A stretch of 64,000 nucleotides of DNA. Origin: Octopus sinensis. Its lineage: Eukaryota. The notes below the pieces were generated by a model that was not told the DNA's origin, ran no database searches, and saw nothing but the letters and a program-made list of their open reading frames with translations. The stretch lies in assembly GCF_006345805.1 (NCBI RefSeq), contig NC_043001.1:107818001-107882000 (forward strand). The letters run 5' to 3'. A program made the position numbers and the translations under genes. Below are positions 1 to 13,228 of the stretch, one piece after another (the first letter of the stretch is position 1; every line of letters begins with the position of its first letter).

Positions 1-321
1 GGCATAATTTCGAAAACCCTATGAAGTGACCACGCAGCTGCAGATGGATACACCTGTACAAATCCAAAGAACAAACAATACGTTATTAGGTATATTCCGT
101 TTTACACACTCACGCGTACACATGACCATACCCTTGAATCGAGAAAACAAGGATATCGCCCCACACACAACAAAATACCACAACAGCTTCAAGAAACTCA
201 AACACGTACACACAAATAGCGCAAGCTTAAATTTCAGATGTTTACAGCAAAACCACAACACACCTAAACCATTCGGTAATATAAATAACACACCATATTT
301 CACAGGTAACAAAACTAATAA

Positions 322-700
322 TCTATATATATAAAGCTGAAGTTGTCCGTGTATGGCAGGTTTGGTAGCCTTCAACTAACACTATCTCCTCCGAGACCAA
401 AAGTTGACCAAAATTGGGAGTATGATAGAAGGCTTGCTCTTCCTTCTGTAGAAGAAAAAATTCAAATCGGACCATGTTAACACCAAAAATTATTTACATC
501 AAAAAGGTGTTTTTTTCCTATGAAAATCCTTACTTTTTACAATTGTTTCACTGCTGTGTCGCCATTTTTCGGTGTATTTCAACCAGAAAAATGTTCACTT
601 AAAGAGAATAACAAGCTACATAACGCAAAATTTTACTTTTCAAAAATTCCAATTCTAAAGGGTCAAAACAAACCCGAGCAACGCCGGGCGATACTGCTAA
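322..700 (+). mobile_element. Non-autonomous Helitron-like element
   Basis: Starts A|TCTATATATATAAAG. Ends with the hairpin CCCGAGCAACGCCGGG (673-688) followed by CTAA|T, a degenerate CTAG/CTRR end. Inserted between A and T. Confidence 0.65.
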
Positions 701-974
701 TCATGCATAAAGTAACTCACATACCCCAACACACACATACAGACATATATGAGATACTTCTGTAAATTTCCTTGCTTTGTGTAAAAAAAAACACAGGGGG
801 ATCAGTTAATCGTGATTTTATTCAACGTATACCCCTCTCAGATTCACGCCACTTATTGCTGCGGTTCTTCAGTTTTTCCAAACCTGTAAAAGAACTGGGA
901 AGTTTGGGCGTCCAACCAAACCTTTCGCGATACACTTAAAGCCAGGAACTTTTCAGCACCCTCTCGTGTGTACC

Positions 975-1170
975 GTTGGCGACTTTTTTTGCTCTGTCTT
1001 CCCTTCTCTGGATCTTTCCTTCTCCTATGTTTCCGACGAAGAGCTCCGCTCGAAACGTTAAACCCTCCTTCTTTCCTTCTTTCCTGAGCGTCCAATAATA
1101 CTATATTTGTTCCACGTCCTCGCGTTGTGTTTTCTTGTGCTTTCTTGTTTGGATTAACTCTAAATATCTC
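975..1170 (+). mobile_element. Short PLE pLTR-like non-autonomous element, copy 1
   Basis: Near-identical to 58895-59075. Contains an HHR-like motif at 1029-1063 and ends in (TA)n. Confidence 0.65.
1029..1063 (+). ncRNA. Minimal type I hammerhead ribozyme-like motif (CCGACGA core variant)
   Basis: GTTT-CCGACGA-A-GAGC(tcc)GCTC-GAA-ACGT-T-AAAC: stem I GTTT/AAAC, stem II GAGC/GCTC, palindromic stem III ACGT. U4 is replaced by C. Confidence 0.55.
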
Positions 1171-1339
1171 TATATATATATTATATACATGCAGCACGTA
1201 ATTTTGTCAGTGAACAGGTCGCGGTCTCAAAGCGACGAAAATATTTTGGTAAATTAAATGTAATTGTTGAAGTGAATCTAACGGTATTTGTGTGTTTCTT
1301 AAATGGCTTATGAACACTTCCACGCTGCTATTGTTTTTG

Positions 1340-1421
1340 CTATATATATATATTATATATAATATAATACATATATATATATATATAATATATATATCTA
1401 TATATATATTGTATTATATAT

Positions 1422-1470
<49 letters not shown>

Positions 1471-1632
1471 GTTATTATGTATGATGTAGGTATGAATTAT
1501 GTTGAGTATGTATATCTATATATATATACATATATATATACATATATATATAAATAAATATAATATATATATAATATAATAAATAAATAAATATAATAAT
1601 ATATATATATTATATATATATATATATATATA
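1340..1632. repeat. (TA)n-rich microsatellite
   Basis: Directly visible. Confidence 0.95.
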
Positions 1633-2512
1633 AAGATTTGAGTGTTGTACGTGCAGTTTGTATTATTTAAATTCTTTCGTTTAAATTCGTGTAATCACGA
1701 AGCTTCAATCGTTTGAATTATTTTTATTTATTTTCCGCTCCGTCGCTCTTGTACTCAATAATCCAAATAAATCGTACATCTAAATAATTGCAATCTTATT
1801 TCATGTCATTTTTAGAAATGGAGTCTTTCAACATTACTTAAATATTTACTCCAACATTCCATATGAATATTATGGTATCTGAAATTCTATACGCTTACCA
1901 TTTATTTTTTCCCCAGAGTATCCTTTATCTCAGAAGTTCAATACGGTTACATATTCCAATAATCTTTTATGTTGATTTGGTGTTACAATCCTATATCTAA
2001 TAAGATGTTTTCAGATCATTGACACTTTACGATATTAACTTATTCCAAATTTCATACTTTTGTTATCGTTACTCCGCAACATTGTTGCGAACTACAATAC
2101 AGTTTTGGATGTATTTTCTGAGCCAGAAATCTACATACACACTTTCACTCTCTTCCTGTTTCAAAATGTAACCCCACGTGTGTGTGTGTGTGCGTATGTG
2201 TGTTTTATAAGTGTGTGTATGTGTGTATGGCTTTATACGTATATGTATATTTATATATATTTGTGTAGGTATATATACGTATAACTTGGTTTATATGTGG
2301 AGAACTACGTTGCACAGAAACAATTGTAGTGATTGAAAATGAATGTACAACCCCTCTACTTCTTGTTGACTCAATTTTTTTTCAGTTATCTATCCACACA
2401 TGGCAGATGCACAAATGTAAGCCTAGAAGTAAGAATAATACTACTACTGGATAGCACAGGGTAAATCTGAAGGTGGACGACCTTTATATTGTACTCTACT
2501 ATAATAACACAC

Positions 2513-2572
<60 letters not shown>

Positions 2573-2835
2573 TCACACGCGCGCACATTATATAATAATC
2601 TCGTCGTTATTTGTATTGTTCAACAACAAGCTTCTCCTCATCCACCAACCGTATAATCGAAAGACATTCTAACCATGACCATCATGTCAATCATATGTAC
2701 TCTTTCTGTTTTCAATCTGGTATAATTTTAGAGAGATTCATTTGCCATTCCTACCAGGTCGACTGAATAGTGTGCGGTGTCCCTCAACTCGACTTCGAAT
2801 CACGTAGAAGTTAACGCGTCGATGGCGATACATAC

Positions 2836-2944
2836 CAGTTAGATATGAATTATTAGTCCGAGAGTAAGTCTTATAATGTCTTACGTCTTCAGCCATTGCT
2901 GTTCTTTCCGATTTTTTAAAACACATAATAACGTACAAATATTC
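2836..2944 (-). other. Candidate spliced exon (possibly containing a start codon: MAEDVRHYKTYSRTNNSYLT)
   Basis: Minus strand has a CCAG|G acceptor with a pyrimidine-rich upstream region, gcaATGG at 2896 and a TG|GTATGT donor at 2836/2835. The frame is open in non-repetitive sequence. No homology recognised. Confidence 0.25.
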
Positions 2945-3221
2945 CTGGCGACACATCGCAAGTAGAAATTAAATCACAAGTAGAGAGAAAATTAATAACA
3001 TGTCAGTGAGAATTACATTGTCTTGTGATTTCATTGTTGTTTTATTTTTAAGACAAAATAGGTTTTGAGGTATTTTTCAATAACGTAATGAAATCACTGC
3101 ATTATCATACCAACTACTTTGTTAATACAAAGTGCTTTGGTGACATCTTCAACGTTTTCCAACAAAAATGCGTTAAATTATCACAGAAGATTATATATAT
3201 TATTTTTCCTTTTGTCTGCTA

Positions 3222-3420
3222 CTTTTTTCAGTCATTGGACTGCGGCCAAGTTGGGGCAATACCTTGAAGGTTTTTATTAAGTCGGAAAGATCGACTCCAG
3301 TTCTTATCTTTTTATGAAAGTCTGGTAAGTCTCGGTTTTGCCGGACTGCAAGGATACGGCGATGTTAACAAAACAACAAAGAGAGATTCACGTACACACG
3401 CATACACATACTCACAGATG
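3222..3420 (-). mobile_element. SINE 3' part (family of 43757-44217)
   Basis: TTTCAGTCATTGGACTGCGGCCA... matches the other copies. Confidence 0.6.
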
Positions 3421-3427
3421 GACAGAC

Positions 3428-3465
<38 letters not shown>

Positions 3466-3499
3466 TGCCAACTTGAGGAAGTGCATTCTACGTGGCATT

Positions 3500-3562
3500 G
3501 CTTTGATGTATATATATATATTATATACACACACACATACGTATAATATATAAAATATATAT

Positions 3563-3596
<34 letters not shown>

Positions 3597-3638
3597 GTTA
3601 TATATACGTATATATATATATTATATATATATAGATAT

Positions 3639-3680
<42 letters not shown>

Positions 3681-3739
3681 TAATATATATAAGAGACTTA
3701 AAGAGACTTTTAAAGAGACTTAGTTTTTAATATTTCTAA

Positions 3740-3779
<40 letters not shown>

Positions 3780-3868
3780 TATATACTATATATATATATA
3801 TATATACGTATGTATGTTGGCATGTATATATGTATTATGTATGTAGATAGATAGATAGATAGATAGAT

Positions 3869-3949
<81 letters not shown>

Positions 3950-3970
3950 TATAGATAGATAGATAGATAG

Positions 3971-4043
<73 letters not shown>

Positions 4044-4070
4044 TGATAGATGAATAGATAGATATATAGA
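3500..4070. repeat. (TA)n and (GATA)n microsatellites
   Basis: Directly visible. Confidence 0.95.
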
Positions 4071-4884
4071 TGCGTGTCTGTCTGTCTATGATTGGGCGTG
4101 ATTGAGCGTGTCTGTTCCCACCCTGACAATTGGTGTTGTTTCGTTTACATCACCATAACTTGGTGGTTCGGTAGAAGAGAACGATGCAATAAGTATCAGA
4201 CTTCTAAAATGTAAGTACTGTGATCAGTTTGCTTCGACTAAAACCTTGAAGTTGGGGCCCCAGCAAACCCGCAGACTAATGAGTGAAACAAGCGAAAACG
4301 AAAAGATAATGAAAGCCTACACCTTATCCTTAGACATACAAGAAATAACAAACACAACTTACTGAAATCACACACAATCATTTAAACAGGAAAAAGGACA
4401 CAGAGGAAAATACGATGTTTGGATGGATACAGTATAAAACTGAGAATGGCGACGGCTTTTATCGAAACGCTAAAATCTTTGAAATCGGCAACTTTGCAAG
4501 CTGCATTTAGCAAAAAGTTCGTTTACTTTCTAAGCACAAAGTTGCGGTAATTATAAAGAATATAGTTGTTGAAGGAGTGATACTTTATGGTAAAGCCAGT
4601 TTATCAGGAATGCAAGGTCGTATTTTCCTTATAAGACAAATTTCGTGATTTGCCTCAGAAGACGTTAACAAATAGTTGCACTTAGCCTGAAGCGTACACA
4701 TGACAAATTGAATATTACTTTCACGGTGCCTTAGATATGTGGCGTTAGGAAAACTTCAACTGAAGGATTAAATAAGATAAATGGGAATGGTAAGGCAGTA
4801 GTTATATATATGCAATGGAGAAAGAAAGAGGAGGGGAATAGGAAGAAGGCCAGATACAAAGATTACCGAATACCAACAGTAGGC

Positions 4885-4931
<47 letters not shown>

Positions 4932-5268
4932 TTATACATATATGCATTCATATACATATTTTTACACCACACATTCACACAAACACGCACGCAAATACAC
5001 ACACATATATACATATATATATCATATTTATACATATCATTGATATATATATATATACATACATACACACACATATATACATATATATATATCATATTAT
5101 AATATATATTCATATATATAGATATATTATATATATATATAACACACAATATATATACATACACGCGCACATATATATATATATATATATATACATACAC
5201 CACATACATACACACCTACATACATACATACATGCATACATACATACATACATACATACATACATACA

Positions 5269-5299
<31 letters not shown>

Positions 5300-5822
5300 T
5301 AATATTCAGAGCCAGGCTTGTAATTCTTTAGATTCTGCAAATTTCAATTAAACTACAATTAACGTGTAACAGGACATGAACATTAAACACACACAAGCAC
5401 ACACACACATACACACACAGATGCACAGCACAGATACACAGTCACATATATTAATAGGTGCGCGATATATATTATATGAAATACAAATCATACATACAGA
5501 GACTTCATATGTATAGACACATTCCTTGTCGCATGCATACAAACACACGCCTACATACACGCTCACTTATTCATGTATATAAATATGAATGTATGTATTG
5601 TGTATGTGTTATATAAGTATATACTTGCATACTTTATAGACATGCACATCTCTCTACCTTTGCATGTATATGTGTGTGTGTTTGTATATATGTATATATC
5701 AATATATATATATACATATGCGCACACACACACATGCACACACACAGATATATATATATGTATATATATATATAAATGTGCTTATATAGAGAGAGACATA
5801 CCTACATAGAGAAGCAGATAGC

Positions 5823-5854
<32 letters not shown>

Positions 5855-5884
5855 CAGACAGATAGATAGATAGATAGATAGATA

Positions 5885-6413
5885 ATAAGTTTTCTTTATG
5901 GCCACACAAGCTGCACACAGATGGGACAGTTACAAGGTAGAGCTTTTCTTTTGTGGAGATGAAGAGAACAAAAAACAAAAGAAAAAAAAAGGGGGTTGCG
6001 TAGGTTTTCGATCAAGAGGATCGTAAAAGGAAGAAAAGAACAAACAAAAATACCAAAAAAATTGAATAAAATAAAAAGAAGAAAAGGAGAATAAAAAAAA
6101 GAAAAAGAAAGGAACAAAAGGAAAGAGAAATGAAAAAAAGAAGAAAAGGGGGAAAAAAGGGAAAGAGGAAAAAAAAGAACGATCAATAGGGATCGTGTAT
6201 CACAGTGTTATGATATATGGTGTAAAGGGGAAAGCAAGTAAGGTTTATCCGTGGGAAGAAAAGCCTACGAAAAAGACCACGGTAACCTTGGTCAATATGT
6301 TTATATGTTACCACATTTGTTTGCAAGTGGGTAACCCTTGTTTTCAATTTCTGGGTTCATAGGATTATGCTCATGGTGGCTTCGTCATTCATACGTGCCA
6401 TCCTTTGCTACAT
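5885..6413 (-). mobile_element. Tx1/L1-clade LINE, 5'-truncated copy A (3' UTR and ORF2 end)
   Basis: Similar to the 3' ends of 6530-7973 and 8055-13005. Flanked by (GATA)n on both sides. Confidence 0.75.
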
Positions 6414-6417
6414 ATAG

Positions 6418-6529
<112 letters not shown>

Positions 6530-6838
6530 TGATTTATTGGTAACTTTCTTTATTGGCCACACAGGGTTGAACACAGCTGGGACAAATACAAATGTAGAGC
6601 TTTTTTCTTTTCGAAAATGAAAAAGAAAAACAGGAAAAAGAGAAAAAAAGTAAAATTCCGATCAAGAAGGTTTCGGGGGAAAAAAAGGGTGTGGAAAAGG
6701 GCGATCAAAAGGCATCGTGTATCACAAGAATTTTGAAAAAGTAAGAACCAAAATTAGGTTTATCTGTGGAAAGAAAAGCCTACAGAAAAGAGACCACGCT
6801 AACCTCAAGTAGGAAGGGAATAAACACATGAGAGCAAA

Positions 6839-6903
<65 letters not shown>

Positions 6904-7973
6904 TACAGGATCATGCTCAAAATAGCTTCGTCGCTCGCACGCTCCATCTTTGCTACATTCACCAACCTTTTTTTGAAACTTTCACGAGACAAAACCTGCC
7001 TCTCCATTCTCACCTTCCTTTTCAAGTGGTACTTGAAATAGTTGATGAGCGATTGGCCAGAGAGGTAAGTGTTTGTCACTAATCCTTTCGCTCGAGTCCA
7101 CCACACACATTCTGTCATCATGGCCACCAGTCCGATGAAGACTGCCTTGCCTTCCCGGTTGAGGGAAGGTATCGGAGCAAACTTTACGATAGACTCGGCC
7201 GACAGGCGGACTTGTCTCACACGTAACAGCAGCCGTTCGGCATAAGCCCACAGGTCCGAAATGGTTGGACACTGCACGAGTGCGTGCAGAACGGTTTCGT
7301 CGCTCTGACCGCATCTGGGCAAGTCGGTCCGGTGTGTCTCGAACCGTACCTGTAGAGCTTATTACGAACAGGTAATGCTTCAAGATAGCACTGCCAGGCC
7401 AGGGATCTTTGGTGATTGTACATAGATCCCGACCCGAAATTTGTTCTGAACAGGCGGGTCAGGTGTTCCTCATCGACGCCCAGATTCTGCCCGAGAACGT
7501 CCTCGCGCCTCTTCTCCACTAATCCTCAATAAACGCCTTTGTTGTAATGAAGTCGCACAAGTTCGGGGCCGGACGCCAGAGTTGCTTGAGGGCAACGTGA
7601 CACTCGCGGTGCCATTCGCTTAGCCTCGGTCTCTGTTTGGTCCACGACTGTAGTTCGGCCAAGGAGACGAACTACGGGAAAGCGCGCCGCAGAAACGGCG
7701 ACAACACCTGATCGCCGTTGTCTATGAAGTGCTGGAGATATCGCAGTCTCAGCGCATGTCTACGTCTCATCAACCACGGCATGTCTAGCCCTCCATTTAG
7801 CGGGTGTTGACAGCAAATGGATCGTCTAACCATCGGAAGGCTTCTCTTCCACGTGAAGCGGAATAGTACGCGTTCCAGTTTGGTGATGGTAGTGTCAGGA
7901 CAAGGCACGACGGTCAGACGGTACTCGATGACGGATGCAGGGTACGTGTTCGCCACCTCCACCCGACCTTTAG
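6530..7973 (-). mobile_element. Tx1/L1-clade LINE, 5'-truncated copy B
   Basis: Frameshifted ORF2 C-terminus (KGRVEVANTY..., CPRCGQSDETVLHALVQC zinc finger) homologous to copy C. Flanked by (GATA)n. Confidence 0.9.
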
Positions 7974-7981
7974 ATAGATAG

Positions 7982-8056
<75 letters not shown>

Positions 8057-8353
8057 CTTTTTATTGTAGCCACACAGGGCTAAACACAGAATAAAAATGG
8101 ACGAAATACAATGTAGAATTTTTTCTTTTCGAGGTGGGATGGGTGGGGCACAAAAAAAACAAAAAAAAACTGTTTGATCAATAGGGATTGTGGGTTGTGT
8201 GGTGTATAAAAAAGCAATATATATATATATATAAGGTTCACAGTTTAGGTGTAGCCTTGGAAAGAAAAACCTACAAAAAAGACCAAGGTCACCTCAGACA
8301 GTTCGAAAAAGAACACATGAGTAAGTCGCCTTACTTCTCGTTGTCTCTTTTGG

Positions 8354-11034
8354 TTACAGATTTATGCTTAAAATAGTGTCGTCTTTCATACTGACCATTT
8401 TTGCCACTTTTACACACTTTTTATTAAAACATTCGTTCGACACAGCCTTCCTCTCTATTCTCATCCTCCTTTTCAAGTGGTACTTGAAAAAGTTGACGAG
8501 AGATTGACCAGAGAGGAAGGTGTTTGTTTGCAGTCCTTTCAAACGCGTCCACCACACACATTCTTTCGCCATAGCCATCAGCGTAACGAAAACCGTTTTC
8601 CCTTCCCGTTTAAAGGAAGGTGGTGGAACAATATTGACGATAGACTCGGCCGACAGGCGAGCCCGACCTACACGTGACAACAGCTGTTCGACGAAGGACC
8701 ACAGCTCTGAAATATCTGACACTGCACGAGTGCGTGCAGAACGGTTTCGTCGCTCTGACCGCATCTCGGGCAGGTCGATCCGGTGATGGTTTTCGAACCG
8801 TGTCTGTAGCTCTTCTCTCGAACAGGTAGTGCGTCTCGATAGCACTGCCAAGCCAGGGATTTCTGGAAGTTATCCATAGGCCCCGGCCCGAACGTCGTCC
8901 TGATCAGGCGGGTTAGGAATTTCTCGTCGACGCCCAGGTTTGCCCCGAGTGTGTCGTCGGACCTCCCCTCCACTAGTCCTCTATAGAACGCTTTAGTCGT
9001 TTGTAAGTTGCACAAGTTTTACCCCGGTCGGCAGAGCTGCTGTAGAGCTTGGCGACATTCTCGGTGCCAATCGCCCAGTTTCGGTCTCTTTTTGATCCAC
9101 GTTTGCAGTTCGGTCAGTGAGACGAGCTGCGGGAAGTCGCGCCTCACAAACGGCGCCCACACCTGTTCACCGTCGTCGTTGAAGTTCCAGAGATGTCGCA
9201 GTCTCAGCGCATGCCTGCGCATCATCAACCACGGCATGCCCAGTCCTCCATTCAACGGATGTTGACAGCAAATGGACTTTCTCACCATCGTAACGCCACC
9301 CTTCCACAGGAAGCGGAAGAGTATGCGGTCCAGTTTGGTGATGGTGGCGTCGGGACAAGGTACGACGGTCAGGCGGTAATCGATGACGGATGCGATGTAC
9401 GCGTTCGCCACCTCCGCCCGGCCTTTTAGAGACAGCTTTCTCTCGGCCCAGGTTTGGCTGAGAGCGACCACTCTACTGGTGATCTCGTCCCAGTTCTTAT
9501 CCATTTGGAGGTCCGGACTGAACCAGACCCCGAGCAATTTAACCGCTCCGTCCGTCCAGCGTCCCACTACTGAGTCGCAGTCGGACGGCATGGGCTTTCT
9601 TCTCCAGGTGCCGAGTAGCAAACCCACTGACTTTTCCGGGTTAATCTTTGCTCCCGTCACCGTTTCGTATTTTCTTAGTGTCTCGCCAATCATCTTGATG
9701 TGTTTGTTGCTCGACACTATGACGGTGACATCGTCCGCATATGCCGACACGCTCGTCCCGCAACCCAGTTCTCGTGGGATGCCCCTCAGTGTCGCCAGCT
9801 TCCGCAGTAGCGGCTCGAGAGTCAATATATGCAGAAGCGCCGACAGGGGACACCCCTGACGGACCGAACGCGTGATGTCAAACGGTTTCGACAGGTGACC
9901 GTTCACCCGAATCACCGATCGGATGCCGCTATGCAAGGCAGCGATCCAACCGCGGAAGACGGGACCGAAGCCAGCCGCCCTGAGGACGGCCGCCAAGTAC
10001 CGATGGTCGACCCTATCGAAGGCTTTAGACTGATCCAAATTTATCAGCGCCCCACCCATGCCAGGATCCTTAACTACCCTGTCCACAATGTAGCGCATCA
10101 GATGGAGGTTGTCATGTATGGTTCTGCCCGACACGGCGCATGTTTGAGCCCTGTCGACCAGTTTACCAATGACAAGGGCGTACCACCAGCGGTTGTTAAC
10201 GACGGCTCCCGTCAGCGCCCTCTTAATTAACTCGCTAATCCGGTTCCTGTAAACCTGTCGCGCTAACAGCGACGTGTTCAGTTTCCAGTAACCGGGACCC
10301 TGCCTATGTGTTTTATCTAAGTCGAGCGTACACGTAACAAATTTGTGATCTGTGTAGCTGACTATTTTAAACTGTGGACATCCTACACTCTCCCTATCCG
10401 CTGTCCTGCATAGAATTCTATCTAGATAAGATCTCGACGATCCGACGCGGTTTGTCCAAGTCCACGTTGGCACGTTCGGATGGTCGAGTCGGAACCTGTC
10501 AGACAAATGGAAACGTCTGAGCAGGTCTTTGGGGCTCTTACACCCCCTTCTATTCCTATCCCTTCCCACATAATCTAGATGCGTGTCCAAGGTAGCGTTC
10601 CAATCCCCTACTAACAGTAAAGGTCTAGACGTACCCAGGAAAACCTCAAGACGTCTGAAGAAATCCGCCCGACCCGTTAAGGACGGTGCATAAACTGCCA
10701 TCAGACGGAATGCACACCCATTTCTGCCATCCACGTCCAAGACAACCAGCCTACCCTCCGGGTCTAGGAATATTGCTCTTACTTTTACATTTAGACTCTT
10801 TCGAGAAAGCACCGCGGTACCTCCACCACCCATGTTCGGCAGACAGGGAGAAAAATAAATGTCAAATTGATTGCCAAACATGGACTCGAGGGCCCGCGGC
10901 TTACTGAGTCTGGTTTCACTGATAGCTACTATATCCACGTTCAGTGACTTGATGTCGTTTAGAAGGTAACGTTGCTTCCAAGCCGACGCCAAGCCACGCG
11001 CATTCACACAACCTAATTTAAGCATACTTGACAT
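8354..11034 (-). pseudogene. Tx1 ORF2: APE endonuclease, reverse transcriptase and C-terminal Cys/His finger, with internal deletion and frameshifts
   Basis: Track ORF 9019-11034 has NARG, ISET, GDWN, YLDRI, TDH (APE) and LDQSKAFDRVDH, VRQGCPLS, YADD (RT). It continues in shifted frames 8668-9015 and 8354-8851. Confidence 0.92.
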
Positions 11035-11121
11035 TTACGAAAATTGTGTTTTACACACTACATTAGAAGAGACAAGAGGCAAGAGGGGAGGTCACTTACT
11101 CATTTTAAAAGTTTCATTTTT

Positions 11122-12766
11122 TTATTCTTCTTTTGTATTGTTTTTGATGAGGTGTTTGTATAGTTTTTTCGACAGATATCGTTGAAACCCGCCTACCGCA
11201 TTCGGAAATATTGTTTTCAGTATGTGGTGTTGTGCTTGTGTTATGTGTAAAATTCTGATGTGTTTCGGTGGTGTGGTGTGCGGATGATTGTTTGTCTTAA
11301 AGTCATCTTCACATATGTCCGTGTTGGATGTGATGTAGTCCATGAATTCTCTATTGTCTGTGTCTATTGCAGTTAGTTGTGTGTGTGGTTTTACGGATTC
11401 ATTGCTCTTTTGATTGTCTAGGGGGATGTTGTCCGGAGTTAGATATCTCCCTGCTTTACTTCCTTGTTTGGTGGATTTTTTGGATCTTTTCCTTTTACCC
11501 CCTTTGGCTATTTGCCATTCTGTCGAATCAGCATGGGGTAGAGGCAAAGCATTTGCATTACTATGTACGCTTGTAGAAATTGTTGATGTTTTGTGTGGTG
11601 TTTGTGTTGTTGTGGTGTTAGGGGTAGAATTTGTCTTCTCGTCATTGTTTTCTGTCTTTTTAATTGTCGTCCTCGGTGTGGGTGTTGGTCTATTTTTTGT
11701 TGATTCGACATGTTGAATTGGTTGTGACGTCAACGGTGATTGTGTTGGTACTGTTTCTTTTCTTGATGATGTTGTTGGGGTTTGTTTGCTGGTTTGTTGT
11801 TTTTCTTGGCATTGTTCCATAATTGAGTGTGTTGGTGTTGGTGTTGGCAACAAGGGTTTTTTATTTGTTTTCTGATTTGTTCTTTCTTGTTTTTTCTGTA
11901 CCAGAGCGCACTTGGCAATTAAATGTTCGGGGCTGCCACAGTTGTAGCATCTAGGCTTTTTGCCTTCTGCTACAACATATAGGCATTGCCCATTTTCCAA
12001 GTGGATCTTATCCGGTAGGCTCTCGATAGAGGCCCCCTCAATCTGTATGGTCACCACTATTGTCTTCCCACCCCAAATGTCGCCAAGGTACACGGCGGTT
12101 TCCAAAATGTTGATATTTTTTAAATGGTAACAGATTGCTCCTGTTATCCATTTGTTAGGAATCTCGGGAGGTACATTTTTAATAGTGATTCGACTTACTC
12201 TCTGGTTTTTATAGTATGGGACCATGATGATTTCATCATTTCCCAGAGATTCAGTAGAGTGACCTTTTGCCAATTCCTGGTTAGGGAAGCGAACCACTAC
12301 TGTGTTAAACTGGGGACCCCAGTTTATATATTCTTTTTCTTTCATTATGTTTTTTAAGCATTTTTCTACATCTGTTTTTGTAATCTGTTCATTTAGTTTT
12401 TTGTTTTTTCTTATAATTTTATATATAATTGTCTTATTTTCTTATAATTTTATATATAATTGTCTTATTTATGTGTTGAGGTGTATGTAGCACTAAATCT
12501 TGCCCACGGGTTGTAAAGAGAGCTCTCGTTTCTATGAGCTCTTCATTTGTAAATGTTACAATCTCTTTCTTCTGACGCAGAGTGTCAGCGAAATTTACTG
12601 GTAGTAGTCTCGTTGTTGTTGTTGTTAATGGTGGTGGCGGTGGTGACAGGGCTGTTACCGCACGTGGTTGCAGCGTTCATTCCAACGATATTCATGTTTG
12701 CACTTCGCGTGCATGAGTTCTTTTTTCTTCTCCTAGCGTTTCCAAACTAGGAAAATGCTGGTCCAT
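11122..12766 (-). pseudogene. Tx1 ORF1 (gag-like nucleic-acid-binding protein)
   Basis: Track ORF 11122-12345 has CYNCGSPEHLIAKC. It extends to the ATG at 12766 if the 31-bp duplication at 12410-12471 is removed and two TGA codons are read through. Confidence 0.8.
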
Positions 12767-13005
12767 AAAGGAACGCGACCAGCGTTCTACAATAAAATTA
12801 CTCGACATTTTCTAATGTCGAGAAGAAAATTACAGAAATGAAATGGGGTTGAAACTGCCCCTAGGGGTGAATTACTCCCTTGGAAAAGCACTCAAACGAA
12901 AGTTGGGTGCCTTACACAACTTATTTACAAAAATGTACACAAAATATGGGCTATAAATAGTCAAAATAAACGATTACCTTCGGAGCCGAAGTGACAGCAC
13001 GTCCG

Positions 13006-13058
13006 TAGATAGATAGATAGATAGATAGATAGATGGAGGGATAGATAGATATATAGAC

Positions 13059-13141
<83 letters not shown>

Positions 13142-13228
13142 CAGTTAGCTACGTAGCTAGATAGATATAAATAGACAGGTAGGTAGGTGGATAGATATAA
13201 ATAGATAGGTAGTTAGTTAGATAGATAG
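13006..13228. repeat. (GATA)n microsatellite
   Basis: Directly visible. Confidence 0.95.

Larger units (their letters stand above)
8055..13005 (-). mobile_element. Near full-length, inactive Tx1/L1-clade LINE, copy C
   Basis: ORF1 with CCHC knuckle, ORF2 with APE and RT, 3' UTR ending AATAAAAAGT-(TATC)n. The inferred 5' end abuts (GATA)n at 13006. Confidence 0.9.

Noticed and set aside
26-320. 102-aa ORF at the window start
   Set aside because: No motif recognised and the composition is biased; likely a repeat remnant.
4436-4480. CTGAGAA...GAAACGC HHR-like string
   Set aside because: No convincing stem II or stem I.
8477-10907. Plus-strand ORFs overlapping the Tx1 element (e.g. 9383-9859, 9829-10230)
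   Set aside because: They are antisense shadows of the GC-richer RT ORF with no independent motifs. The same applies to antisense ORFs over the CR1 copies.
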